This document shows positions 28,755 to 38,001 of a stretch of 64,000 nt of DNA, piece by piece. Source of the DNA: an uncultured Pseudomonadales bacterium (lineage in GTDB: Bacteria > Patescibacteriota > Microgenomatia > UBA1400 > PJMF01); contig CAZSJW010000003.1 in NCBI GenBank assembly GCA_964607285.1, forward strand, positions 6,094 to 70,093, given 5' to 3'. The first letter of the stretch is position 1, and every line of letters starts with the position of its first letter. A program made the translations under genes and the position numbers. The notes below the pieces were generated by a model, which had not been told where the DNA came from, ran no database searches, and worked only from the letters and a program-made list of their open reading frames with translations.

Positions 28755-29078
28755 TTACCACCCAAGTTGCATGTACAAGTACACCAATAATCCAAAGCTT
28801 ACTAAAAAAGTTAGCAATAAGGCTTTTGCATTTGGGTGCTCTTGGTAAAAATCATCCTGTTGTGCTCGAAATGATTTTTGAGCTGGCATTGGTGCTGACC
28901 GCATCACCGTCATCTTTTTTGGTGCAGCTTTCTTTGCAACTGATTTCTGCTTGGCAGATTTTGCTGGTTTGCTAGTACGGGCAGTTTTTTTGGGCATAGG
29001 CTTTGCTATTGGTACATGTATTACTGCTAGTAATAGTAGCATAGTTGCACAGGGCAACTCAAATAGCAAATTCTCCAT
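28755..29078 (-). CDS. Small Lys-rich membrane protein, hypothetical
   Basis: Hydrophobic N- and C-terminal segments flank a K/A-rich region. Confidence 0.3.
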   Translation of the reverse strand: MENLLFELPCATMLLLLAVIHVPIAKPMPKKTARTSKPAKSAKQKSVAKKAAPKKMTVMRSAPMPAQKSFRAQQDDFYQEHPNAKALLLTFLVSFGLLVYLYMQLGW

Positions 29079-29099
29079 GATATTGCCAAATTTGTAGAC

Positions 29100-29129
29100 A
29101 AAAATCCCGCACCAGTTACGGTGCGGGAT
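29100..29129 (-). terminator. Intrinsic terminator downstream of major pilin gene
   Basis: 10-bp perfect stem ATCCCGCACC/GGTGCGGGAT with 6-nt loop, followed by UUUU on the minus strand. Confidence 0.75.
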
Positions 29130-29151
29130 CTAAGTTGAAAACCGAACTTAT

Positions 29152-29616
29152 TTACCGAGTCACTGTGATGACTACACCCAATTCTGCATCAGGCGCACTG
29201 ACTGTGATACGGTTATCTGAAGCACTGCGAACTACTTCATATCCTGTGGCATATGTGCCAGAACATGTTGTAATTGGGGCTGTATTCAATGTAGGGTCAG
29301 TAGGCATAGCAGCCAAGTACTCTGTGACTAAGTCTGAACAGATGTTAGCACCAGTATCACTGATTTCCAAAGATGAGGTGGTAATACCACCAGGGAGTGC
29401 ACCTTTATTATCAGCTGCATACTGATGAATAGCATTCAAAATAGCATTAACATCACTACTACGAGCAGTGTTGTTTGCCTGTGAGAACTGCTTTGCGGGA
29501 TTAATGGCAATCAAAACAATAGCCAGCAAGACAGCTAAAATACCAATAACAACTAACAACTCAATCAAGGTAAAACCTTTCTTGAAGTGTAATGATTTGG
29601 GCAGGAGATATTGCAT
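29152..29616 (-). CDS. Type IV pilin (prepilin-type N-terminal cleavage/methylation domain), likely major pilin
   Basis: Class III signal KKGFTLIELLVVIGILAVLLAIVLIAI; about 150 aa; strong terminator downstream. Confidence 0.8.
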   Translation of the reverse strand: MQYLLPKSLHFKKGFTLIELLVVIGILAVLLAIVLIAINPAKQFSQANNTARSSDVNAILNAIHQYAADNKGALPGGITTSSLEISDTGANICSDLVTEYLAAMPTDPTLNTAPITTCSGTYATGYEVVRSASDNRITVSAPDAELGVVITVTR

Positions 29617-29684
29617 ATGGAGTCTCTGTTACCTTGTGTTAGATAATATACTCCTTTTACTATAGAACCCATTCGATTACTGTG

Positions 29685-30809
29685 TCAAGTGCTTGTAACA
29701 ATTCGGACAGATAGTACTCCATCTGTGCCGTTCAGTTCTTGAATAATTGGCTCTGTTGTTACTACAGTTTTTACTGCATCAATAACAATTGCTCGAATTT
29801 GTTCAGAAGTATTCTCTGCAAACAAGATACTCGCTCGACTCACTGTGCCGCCCGAATTGTTTCCAGTGGTGATCGTTTTAAATCCTACCGCTTCTAAAGC
29901 CGTACGAACTTGATCAGCTTGACCTGGAATACCTGAGCCATTCAATACTTGCACAGATGCGGCTGCCAATTCTGCAGGGGTGGGTTCAAGTGCTGATGCT
30001 GCTGCACTTGCTGTGGGTGTTGGCTCTAAAATAGGTAAAGGTACAGAAATCGGAGTTGGTGCTGGAACCACTGGCAGCGGATCAGCAGTGACTGACCATC
30101 GGTAAACAAGTAGCAACGCAATGAGCAAAACACCGAACACTATGCTTAAAATAATTAATTGTTTTTTGTCTTGTGGTAAACCTGATTGGATTTTTTGGTC
30201 TGATTTGATTTTCTTTTCTCTTTCTTCCTCAGAAACAAAACTCAGTAACTTTAATTGATCAAAGGTCTTACCTAACTTAGTTACAATCTCAGAAGGCTTG
30301 GCTTGCTTTAGTAACTCGGCATTGATTGCGAACTGAGGTAAAGCCAACGTGACCCTGTAGTGATGTGAGTCAAAAACTTGCACCAATGGTCTATACAAAT
30401 TTTTACTTATTGCAACTGCAGCAGCTCCTTGTTGGAGTTGAAACACTTTGCTCAGTTTATGCTCAAACGGAACCATTCCCAGAAATCCCAAAAGTTGTGG
30501 ATCTTCGTTGGTTGGTAGTTTCGGGAAATCTTGCCTAAAGTAGCACTCTTCAGAAAAAATAATATATGTGTTCGATTCTGCTATTTTCTCATCATTTCTC
30601 CAACCAATTAGTTGTGTTTCAATGAATCGAGTATCCGCAAACTCCATATCTTGCATGACACCTTCAGGGTAGTCTAGAACCAATGGTTCTGCAGCAATTG
30701 CAGAAAAAAGTGTCATCCGCTTCAGTTCGACAAACACAACTAATGGGACTGTTGTGCCACCATGCGCTAAGTTTGATAAAGTAAGTATCATTCGAACTGC
30801 TCCTGCCAA
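29685..30809 (-). CDS. Bitopic membrane protein with C-terminal LytR_C-like domain (pilus-locus associated)
   Basis: Cytoplasmic N-domain, single TM (LIILSIVFGVLLIALLLV), Pro-rich linker, C-terminal VQVLNGSGIPGQADQVRTALEAVGF (LytR_C-like). Confidence 0.4.
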   Translation of the reverse strand: MAGAVRMILTLSNLAHGGTTVPLVVFVELKRMTLFSAIAAEPLVLDYPEGVMQDMEFADTRFIETQLIGWRNDEKIAESNTYIIFSEECYFRQDFPKLPTNEDPQLLGFLGMVPFEHKLSKVFQLQQGAAAVAISKNLYRPLVQVFDSHHYRVTLALPQFAINAELLKQAKPSEIVTKLGKTFDQLKLLSFVSEEEREKKIKSDQKIQSGLPQDKKQLIILSIVFGVLLIALLLVYRWSVTADPLPVVPAPTPISVPLPILEPTPTASAAASALEPTPAELAAASVQVLNGSGIPGQADQVRTALEAVGFKTITTGNNSGGTVSRASILFAENTSEQIRAIVIDAVKTVVTTEPIIQELNGTDGVLSVRIVTST

Positions 30810-31189
30810 GATGTAACACTCAATACGTAATTAGTATACCCTGCTGTAACTACAATTGTCCTTTGAAAGCCCCCTACAACGCCGACTGAAGTAATTGTAA
30901 CAGGATCTACACCAGTAACAGTGATTGTGGCTGCTCCTCCGCCAACTGGCAAAGTTTCCCCTGTGTATCCAGGATCACGAAGAAAACGATACAAGGCATT
31001 TTCAATTCCACTCTCCGCGATATACAAAGCCTCATGACTGCGATCGAAACTACTAACCTGTTGAGTGCTTGTGATGGCAGCGGCAACAGTCGCTGTGAGC
31101 ACAACCATAGCAACAGCAGAAAAAATTAACAGCGCAGCGAGTGCTTGACCACTTTGCTGAGATCCTCGCTTTTTCACAGTTTTCAACAT
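30788..31189 (-). CDS. PilX-like/minor pilin-like protein
   Basis: N-terminal hydrophobic helix (GQALAALLIFSAVAMVVLTATVA) resembling PilX_N; within pilin operon. Confidence 0.4.
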   Translation of the reverse strand: MLKTVKKRGSQQSGQALAALLIFSAVAMVVLTATVAAAITSTQQVSSFDRSHEALYIAESGIENALYRFLRDPGYTGETLPVGGGAATITVTGVDPVTITSVGVVGGFQRTIVVTAGYTNYVLSVTSWQEQFE

Positions 31190-31689
31190 TAGCGAACTCC
31201 TATGGTAGTGGCAAATGATCTGTCCTCACTCCCTCTGGGTGGTTGTGCCCCAGCTGACGCTGTAAAACTGACTCGAAGTGAGTCGAAATCAGATCCATCA
31301 CTAACCCTCGTAAACTGCAAATCAGATATTGATAAATCTGCACGATGCATGCTCTGAGTACTCCCTCCAGCAGTAAGTTCAATGGCCGTTCCACTCAGTT
31401 GATAGATGAATGGTTGCCCATCGATCAGTAGGCTGAGCGTATCTCCGCTGGTTCCAGGAGTAGGAATAGTGATCAAATCAGCTCGGTAAACATCATACTC
31501 AATTCGTTGCAACAAATACTGCCCTTCTTGCGAAACGATTGAAACCGCCTGCCCTTCCATTTGTGTTTCTAAGCTAGTCAGAAACAATGTAGTTAAACCT
31601 GTCATAAAAACTGTCAACAAACCCATATACAACAACAGCTCGACTAAAGTAAATCCCAGCTGGTAAGTTTTAACAATTGTTTGTTTCAT
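31189..31689 (-). CDS. Prepilin-type pseudopilin/minor pilin
   Basis: N-terminal GFTLVELLLYMGLLTVF methylation motif. Confidence 0.7.
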   Translation of the reverse strand: MKQTIVKTYQLGFTLVELLLYMGLLTVFMTGLTTLFLTSLETQMEGQAVSIVSQEGQYLLQRIEYDVYRADLITIPTPGTSGDTLSLLIDGQPFIYQLSGTAIELTAGGSTQSMHRADLSISDLQFTRVSDGSDFDSLRVSFTASAGAQPPRGSEDRSFATTIGVR

Positions 31690-33632
31690 GGTGAATAATT
31701 AACGGTAACTGAGTATAGTTCAGGAGTTTGCAATGAATCCTCAGAAGAAAAATAAGCTCTATACCGAAAACATCGCCCTGGATTTTCATACCCCGAACCG
31801 TCATTGTTAAATGGAATTGGACCATCGCTTTCAAAAAAAGTACTTGCTGTTCCATCTGGGCCAACAAATGAAAAACTAGCACTTGTGCAACTTCCGCTGA
31901 CTGGGTCAGCAACTGCAACCTGGTATTGAACATCCGTTACGTCACCAGGCTCAATATGTTGAATAAAAAAACGATTAAAAGCAACAGAGTACCCAGGATC
32001 TATAGATGAGGATTCAAAAGTGCCAAACATTGCGTAAGAACCACCTCCTGGTCCGCCTTCAATTACTTTAAACTCTGCAGCAGTATCACCAGTCACAATA
32101 TATGAATATGCATCTCCGTCAGCTTCTTGCACAGCTGATACGCCGTAAATGCCAGTATTTACTTCAATTCCACCACAGCGAACAGGGTTAGACTCATTTG
32201 CTATGTTAACAACTTGATATTCCTCGCCATTTGTTCCAACTAATATCACTTTGTTTCCTGAAACAGCAGTAACACCAGTTGGATTCATTGATCCCGAATT
32301 ATACGAACCTAAAATCGGCAAACTACCTGATTTATTGGTTGTGTTAATAATAAAAAGTTCGGATAAAGAGTTTGACTGTGTTGTAGCTAAATATGCTCTT
32401 GTACCTGTATCATTGACGAACACTTCACGCCCATACTCGCCATTTACGTTCGCCGTTGCCACACTGTAAATATTGGTGCGATTACTAACATTTGCCACCC
32501 TGAGTTCAGCTGAACCCCAATCAACTGCCACGTATGCATAGTTGTTTACAACCTGTAATCTCCTGCCCGTTCCCCATAAAAACAGCGAGTCTAACATCGA
32601 TCTTGATCCAGTCTTGCTAGTTACGTCAAAGGTTACCAACCAAGCACCTGCAGTCATATATCCTGTATTACCCACAACATAAATTCCGTTTGCAGTCCCA
32701 TAAAACCAAGGAGCATCAAAGTATCCTACTTCCTGATTTGTGCTTAGATCTATAATCACAATGTTTTTTGTGCCATCATCGGTAGCTATATATGCATAGT
32801 TTGTGTCAATGAAAATATCATTGGTATCGTATCCAGTGATAGTAGAACTAACACTAACTGAAGGAGGATCAGCGTTAGTAACAGCAATTTCCGAAAAGAC
32901 ACCTGTGTTTGCAAAATCAGTCCCAGCAAACGCTTTGCCCTCAATTGCTCTAACTGCCCTTGCTGCAGCATTTTGAGGTAAGTCTAGTTGTGCCACAATA
33001 AACTCGTTTGGAACACACCAGTCACCATTTCCTGCACTAGCCAAAATAACTTCCCCTCCCGCTGTACTAGTGGAAACAGTATCTGTAAGTGTGCCAGCCT
33101 CAAACTCTGCTTGGCTACTTTGTGTAACTGTCACGTTATCGCCAAACCGAGACAAGTACATCTGATGGGTTACTATTTCAGATTTCGGAATTGACCACCC
33201 AACCTCAATCGTAATCAATTTGGTTGAAGGATCCAGTGAGCCACCACTACTAACAATTTGTTGTGTATCATCTCTATACACGTCACTAATTTGAATCTCT
33301 CTAGTCAAAGTACCAACTGTTTCTCCCCCAGCGACCAAACTCCAACTGCCTGATTGAACTACAGGATGGTAAGTACCATTTGCTGCCACTGCATCCCACG
33401 TTTCATCTCGTGCAGCTCGGACTGCTTCTGTTGCTTCACGCACTAGTTGTGCTGCTTCTAATCGCTGCTCCTGTTGTGCTTTTCCCTCTCGGGTAATAAT
33501 AAAACCTGAAAGTAGAGCTGGAATTATTAGCGCAGCTACTCCAATTGCCACAAGAAGTTCAATCAATAACTGGCCCGTCTGATAACGTATACACCGAGGG
33601 ACGCTAGTAGCTTTATTCAAATATTTACTCAT
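31686..33632 (-). CDS. Large prepilin-like protein with LVIVD-type beta-propeller repeats (candidate pilus tip adhesin)
   Basis: N-terminal TGQLLIELLVAIGVAALII pilin-like helix; C-terminal repeats NNYAYVAVDWGSAELRVANVSN, YAYIATDDGTKNIVIIDLSTNQEV, KVILVGTNGEEYQVVNIAN resembling LVIVD repeats. Confidence 0.55.
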   Translation of the reverse strand: MSKYLNKATSVPRCIRYQTGQLLIELLVAIGVAALIIPALLSGFIITREGKAQQEQRLEAAQLVREATEAVRAARDETWDAVAANGTYHPVVQSGSWSLVAGGETVGTLTREIQISDVYRDDTQQIVSSGGSLDPSTKLITIEVGWSIPKSEIVTHQMYLSRFGDNVTVTQSSQAEFEAGTLTDTVSTSTAGGEVILASAGNGDWCVPNEFIVAQLDLPQNAAARAVRAIEGKAFAGTDFANTGVFSEIAVTNADPPSVSVSSTITGYDTNDIFIDTNYAYIATDDGTKNIVIIDLSTNQEVGYFDAPWFYGTANGIYVVGNTGYMTAGAWLVTFDVTSKTGSRSMLDSLFLWGTGRRLQVVNNYAYVAVDWGSAELRVANVSNRTNIYSVATANVNGEYGREVFVNDTGTRAYLATTQSNSLSELFIINTTNKSGSLPILGSYNSGSMNPTGVTAVSGNKVILVGTNGEEYQVVNIANESNPVRCGGIEVNTGIYGVSAVQEADGDAYSYIVTGDTAAEFKVIEGGPGGGSYAMFGTFESSSIDPGYSVAFNRFFIQHIEPGDVTDVQYQVAVADPVSGSCTSASFSFVGPDGTASTFFESDGPIPFNNDGSGYENPGRCFRYRAYFSSEDSLQTPELYSVTVNYSP

Positions 33633-34137
33633 CGAGCAGTACCCCATATTGATTCACGGTAAACCCAGCACTCTCACCAGACTCTACGTTTGAAATAGTA
33701 ATTGTGTCTTGACCTGACATAAACCCAACAACTTCCCCACTGCCGTGCTGAAATACCAAGATATTGCTTGGAAGTTCAGTCGAGATACTCACCGCTTCTT
33801 CCATAATCGTTTCCACATTACCCTGAGCCCCTGGGACATACGAGGATCCCTCAAAAAAGGTATACCGATCTGCAGCAAAAAAAACCCCGAATGCAGAAGG
33901 TCCCGCAACTATACCTACATCCCCTTGCATAGCGCGTGCCTGCAGCAATCTCAGTTCTGAGCGAAGCGTCTCTGCTGTGCTTCGAACAGCTACCCGAGGA
34001 ATCAATCTAGACAAGCTGACAGAGCTAATCCCATACAACACAGCAACAATTCCCATCACTAGGATCAATTCAATTAACGTAAATCCAGATTGGACGACTC
34101 TCCTACTGTGAACAGGGATAAAAAAACTGGCGGGCAT
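33625..34137 (-). CDS. Prepilin-type pseudopilin/minor pilin
   Basis: SGFTLIELILVMGIVAVLYGI motif; start at MPASFF to avoid overlap with upstream histidine kinase gene. Confidence 0.7.
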   Translation of the reverse strand: MPASFFIPVHSRRVVQSGFTLIELILVMGIVAVLYGISSVSLSRLIPRVAVRSTAETLRSELRLLQARAMQGDVGIVAGPSAFGVFFAADRYTFFEGSSYVPGAQGNVETIMEEAVSISTELPSNILVFQHGSGEVVGFMSGQDTITISNVESGESAGFTVNQYGVLLDE

Positions 34138-34189
34138 GCCTCCAGTATATATGGTGTGTGTGCAGGTTGCAGCAGAGAATAGTATCAAT

Positions 34190-36487
34190 TTATACCCAAA
34201 AGCTAGATCGCGTCCTGATGATACCAACGTCCTCTCTTTTCTTGAACTCATCTTCTAACTTCTTAAAATCTTCTTGCGTATATTTTTTCAATGAAAAACA
34301 AAAGCTTGAACCCTTTCCTTCACCAGGAGATGTTGCCCATATTTCACCCTTATGCAACTCAACAACTGCCCGACTAATAAATAGTCCCAAACCTGTCCCC
34401 TGCGATGCATTCTGGTTTGTTTTGTAAGAACCCTTGATTAGGCCAAATTTTTGAAACAATTTACTGATAGTATCTGGAGTCATGCCAACACCTGTATCCG
34501 TAACACTAGTTATCAGCATGTCCTCTTCTTGTCTGAATGATATTGTTATCTTACCTTTTTTGGGCGTAAACTTTAAAGAATTTCCCAGTAAATTCATCAC
34601 CACTTCGCTCAATTTATCACTATCAGCGATGACTGGGGGCACTGCTCCCAATGACTTGCCTGTCCTGTCTGTACAGTGATCCGCTACCTCCACAGTAATA
34701 TCTAATTCATCTGTTCTAGACTTGACCTCTGCTACGATTTCAGTGACTAACGCTTGTAGATCTACTTTACCAACTGTCAAGGCAATGCGGTGTGACTCAA
34801 TTCGCGAAATATTGAGCATGTCATTCACTAATTTGATGAGACGATCCGTTGATAAATATGATCGTTCCAAATAGTATCGTTGCTTCTTAGAAAGCTGACC
34901 GCCCTTACCACTCAGTGCCATCCATATATAAGATTTTATGGCAGTCATTGGAGTTCTTAGCTCATGTGAAGCTATGGACACAAAATCATCTTTCAGTCTG
35001 TCAAGTTCCTTTAGACTCTTATTTGCCCGACGTAGTTTTGAGGTTGCCCGTAACACTTCATCCTCCAAAACAACGTTAAATTGTTTTATCTCTTCAAATG
35101 AGAGCGCATTGCGAAGCGCAATTGCAATTTGAGGTGCAATTAGTTGTAGTGTTTTGATGTCTTCAGAGGTATACACAGTACCAGTTTGCTTTTCTTGCAA
35201 GAGCATGCATCCCAAATAATCATTATTAACAATCAGGGGCAAGATCACAGCAATCTGTCTCTCTCTCATAATTGACTTGATTACGGACTCATCGATTTCA
35301 TCAAAGATGATGATTTGATCACGAGCTTTTCCCAAGGCATTCTTGACTGCTTCATATACTTGAAAATCATGTTTAAATTGCTGTAGTTGCGTATCAGATG
35401 TGGGTTGCAATGCCAAAGCATCTGAACCGTACAACCTAACTTTTTTATTATCGTTCCCAATCACAATTGCCATTGCAGAAATTTTCATCTCACCAGATAA
35501 TACTTTGATAAATCCATCTACTAACTTAGTGAGAGACAAAATCGATGTAGAAATTTTGCTCGTAAGTTTCAGCAAATCAGCTCGATCATAATCCCTGCGG
35601 TAAAAAATTGTTTCTGTTTTATGCTGTATCCAGCGTTTCAGTGGCTCAAAAGTCGAAACCACTCCAATTGTCACAGCTGCTGACGTCAAAATAAGGAGCA
35701 TTGATGGTTCTTGCCCTGAAAGCAAACTCTGTAAGTAGAAGACTGAAACGCTATAGACAGCAATAAAAATTCCCATTACTAAGATGTATCCTAATGACCT
35801 AACAATGACCAAGCTTAAATCCAAGAATCGGTGTTTTACGATTGCATAAGCAATCGTGCCTGCAAAAATAAGAGTAAAAATAGGGCCAAACATTACAAAG
35901 GAAGAAATCTGCAAAAGCGCAACAAACACAAAGTTGGTAACAGTCAACAAAGTGAATGAGGAAATGATTCCAGCAAGTAAATACTTGAGCTGAGTCTTCT
36001 CCAAACCGTGTGCCCTTCTAAACTTTTTGATCAAGATCCCAAATCCAGCAATCAGTGTTCCAAAAAACTGTATTGCAAAAACAGGCAATGCTGGTCCTGG
36101 CTGTGGCGTAATGACCCCAGCGACTACTGAAACAGAAGTGAACATAAATGGTGACATTGCCAATACAGAGGTAATGAATCCCATATACAGTATTAAGTTT
36201 TCCCACTTGCCTGAGATTGTAGAGTGGGTTCGAGGAAATGATGCCACCAATAAAAGAATTGCTGGACCTAAAAATGAAGTTACTACCATTACAACTCTAA
36301 TCCAAAATAAAGTTGTTGCCTCATCAGGAGCGTGCAAAGAAAAGTAATTAGTAAGTGTCCATAGACCAATCACTACAGTGAGAAACAAAAAATGCCGATG
36401 TGTATCTCCTTTTGTGTTTTTTAGATACACAAAAAAACCTAACAAAAAGTTAAGAACAGTAACTACAATTGCGACAAGAAGTTCCAC
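34190..36487 (-). CDS. Sensor histidine kinase (multi-TM N-terminal sensor, GAF-like, HisKA, HATPase_c)
   Basis: H-box SHELRTPMTAIKSY, G-box GTGLGLFISRAVVELHKGEIWA; roughly 7 TM helices in N-terminal 300 aa. Confidence 0.8.
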   Translation of the reverse strand: MELLVAIVVTVLNFLLGFFVYLKNTKGDTHRHFLFLTVVIGLWTLTNYFSLHAPDEATTLFWIRVVMVVTSFLGPAILLLVASFPRTHSTISGKWENLILYMGFITSVLAMSPFMFTSVSVVAGVITPQPGPALPVFAIQFFGTLIAGFGILIKKFRRAHGLEKTQLKYLLAGIISSFTLLTVTNFVFVALLQISSFVMFGPIFTLIFAGTIAYAIVKHRFLDLSLVIVRSLGYILVMGIFIAVYSVSVFYLQSLLSGQEPSMLLILTSAAVTIGVVSTFEPLKRWIQHKTETIFYRRDYDRADLLKLTSKISTSILSLTKLVDGFIKVLSGEMKISAMAIVIGNDNKKVRLYGSDALALQPTSDTQLQQFKHDFQVYEAVKNALGKARDQIIIFDEIDESVIKSIMRERQIAVILPLIVNNDYLGCMLLQEKQTGTVYTSEDIKTLQLIAPQIAIALRNALSFEEIKQFNVVLEDEVLRATSKLRRANKSLKELDRLKDDFVSIASHELRTPMTAIKSYIWMALSGKGGQLSKKQRYYLERSYLSTDRLIKLVNDMLNISRIESHRIALTVGKVDLQALVTEIVAEVKSRTDELDITVEVADHCTDRTGKSLGAVPPVIADSDKLSEVVMNLLGNSLKFTPKKGKITISFRQEEDMLITSVTDTGVGMTPDTISKLFQKFGLIKGSYKTNQNASQGTGLGLFISRAVVELHKGEIWATSPGEGKGSSFCFSLKKYTQEDFKKLEDEFKKREDVGIIRTRSSFWV

Positions 36488-36530
36488 AAAGTAAGTGTAG
36501 CACGGTCATTGAATCTGCAAGAATAGGAAG

Positions 36531-37997
36531 TTACTCTGTTCGGTACTGATACTCATACTTCAGTCCAAAGACATCCTTAACCGCTTCTCGAAGTACAGCC
36601 AAGAGACTAGTTTTTCCATCAGCATACTGCTGCCAAAAAATTGGATAGTTTTCTACAATTTCAGGCAAGTAAGCGTTATCTTCTGCTTCAGCTGTTGCTC
36701 CTATCATTGCATCTAAGTCCACAACAACTCTGTCTCTCACTGATTGACCATTCAATATCTTACTCACAACTCTGCTTTGAACAGCACCACTAGCTGCAGC
36801 ATTAATTCCACTTTGTGATAGGTAGTTTTGCAAACCTTGTGACCCTAACAACAAATTCACCATCTGTCTTGGCGGAAAATATTTCGTGCCAACAATTTCA
36901 ACTACCAGTTTTGTAAATGCCATTGCAGCATCCAGTCCCTGCTTAGTTTTTAACTCCGCCAGTTTTTGAATCAGTACTGACTTGGTTAGATGTTTATGCC
37001 CAAAAAAGCCTAATTTGGCAATTGTTCCGTTCCCCTGCATCCAGTCCTGAAAATCCTCAAAACTTGCTGTTTGAGGATTTGGCAGTAAGCTGGTTGGATA
37101 TTGATCAGTTACGATAGTTGCCTCGTGCGCCACGTTATTATTCATACAAATTGGCACACCCAAAGCATACCCAATACAACGCAACACTACTTTTGTGTGC
37201 AAATCATCTATGGCATCAACTACAACTACTCGTTCCTTTTGGATAGAGAGTTTCTGAATGAGTTCAAACAGCTCTTTGTGGGGCAAAATTCTAGGGTACA
37301 GGTACACACCCGCCATAGGGTTAGACTCAACAATATCTCTACCTGTCTGCAGTACTTTAGACTTTCCCACATCCACAGTGCCAGAAGTTTGAAGGCGCAA
37401 CACATTGGATTGATCTACTACGTCTGGGTCAGTAAGGTGTACTTCCACACCCAGCTTGCCTAACAACTTAGCTGAGACTTCACCCGAACTTGCTCCCAAA
37501 ACTATCACTGCTGCACTTTCCAGCTGAGCGATTTCCTGTGCTGAAACTACAGGGTTGAGTCTAGAAAAGTACAATGCTTTAAAATAAGGTGCCCTGGGTA
37601 GTAATAAGAAACTACCCGTAATTTGATTTTGGTATACCAAAATATTTTCAGGGTCTGAAATGAATGTAGCAATGAACTCATCTTCAGTTTTCATTCCCAT
37701 TTGCTGAACACTTAAAATGTTATTTTTCCACAGTTCATGTAGTTCATTCCAAAACATTTGAAGGTAAGGCAACATTTCTTTAGCTACTTCTTGACTAAAA
37801 AGTAGTGCATAAAATTGTTGGAACTCACTACTTGTGTTAGGAAACTGAGTTAGAATGTCTGTTTCGCGCACCACAGACTTTGCACAATTCTCCTGTAGCC
37901 AAAGCTGTTCTCGAGCTGCTTGAGAAGTGTGCCACACAAGTTGTGGTTCAATACTTGGAGCAATGTTTGCTTGTTCAAGAAACGCAGTGTGCGTCAT
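36531..37997 (-). CDS. ThiF/MoeB (E1-like) adenylyltransferase-superfamily protein with N- and C-terminal extensions
   Basis: Central region VIVLGASSGEVSAKLLGKLGVEVHLTDPDVVDQSNVLRLQ...VVVVDAIDDLHTKVVLR parallels MoeB/ThiF (Rossmann loop, D.D.V..SNL.RQ, DxxDN..R); about 165-aa N- and 150-aa C-terminal regions of unknown function. Confidence 0.55.
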   Translation of the reverse strand: MTHTAFLEQANIAPSIEPQLVWHTSQAAREQLWLQENCAKSVVRETDILTQFPNTSSEFQQFYALLFSQEVAKEMLPYLQMFWNELHELWKNNILSVQQMGMKTEDEFIATFISDPENILVYQNQITGSFLLLPRAPYFKALYFSRLNPVVSAQEIAQLESAAVIVLGASSGEVSAKLLGKLGVEVHLTDPDVVDQSNVLRLQTSGTVDVGKSKVLQTGRDIVESNPMAGVYLYPRILPHKELFELIQKLSIQKERVVVVDAIDDLHTKVVLRCIGYALGVPICMNNNVAHEATIVTDQYPTSLLPNPQTASFEDFQDWMQGNGTIAKLGFFGHKHLTKSVLIQKLAELKTKQGLDAAMAFTKLVVEIVGTKYFPPRQMVNLLLGSQGLQNYLSQSGINAAASGAVQSRVVSKILNGQSVRDRVVVDLDAMIGATAEAEDNAYLPEIVENYPIFWQQYADGKTSLLAVLREAVKDVFGLKYEYQYRTE

Positions 37998-38001
37998 TTC
38001 C

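Noticed and set aside
29685-30809. PilM (actin-like) assignment for the 374-aa pilus-locus protein
   Set aside because: There are no actin-fold phosphate-binding motifs. The architecture is a cytoplasmic domain, a TM, a Pro-rich linker and a LytR_C-like domain instead.
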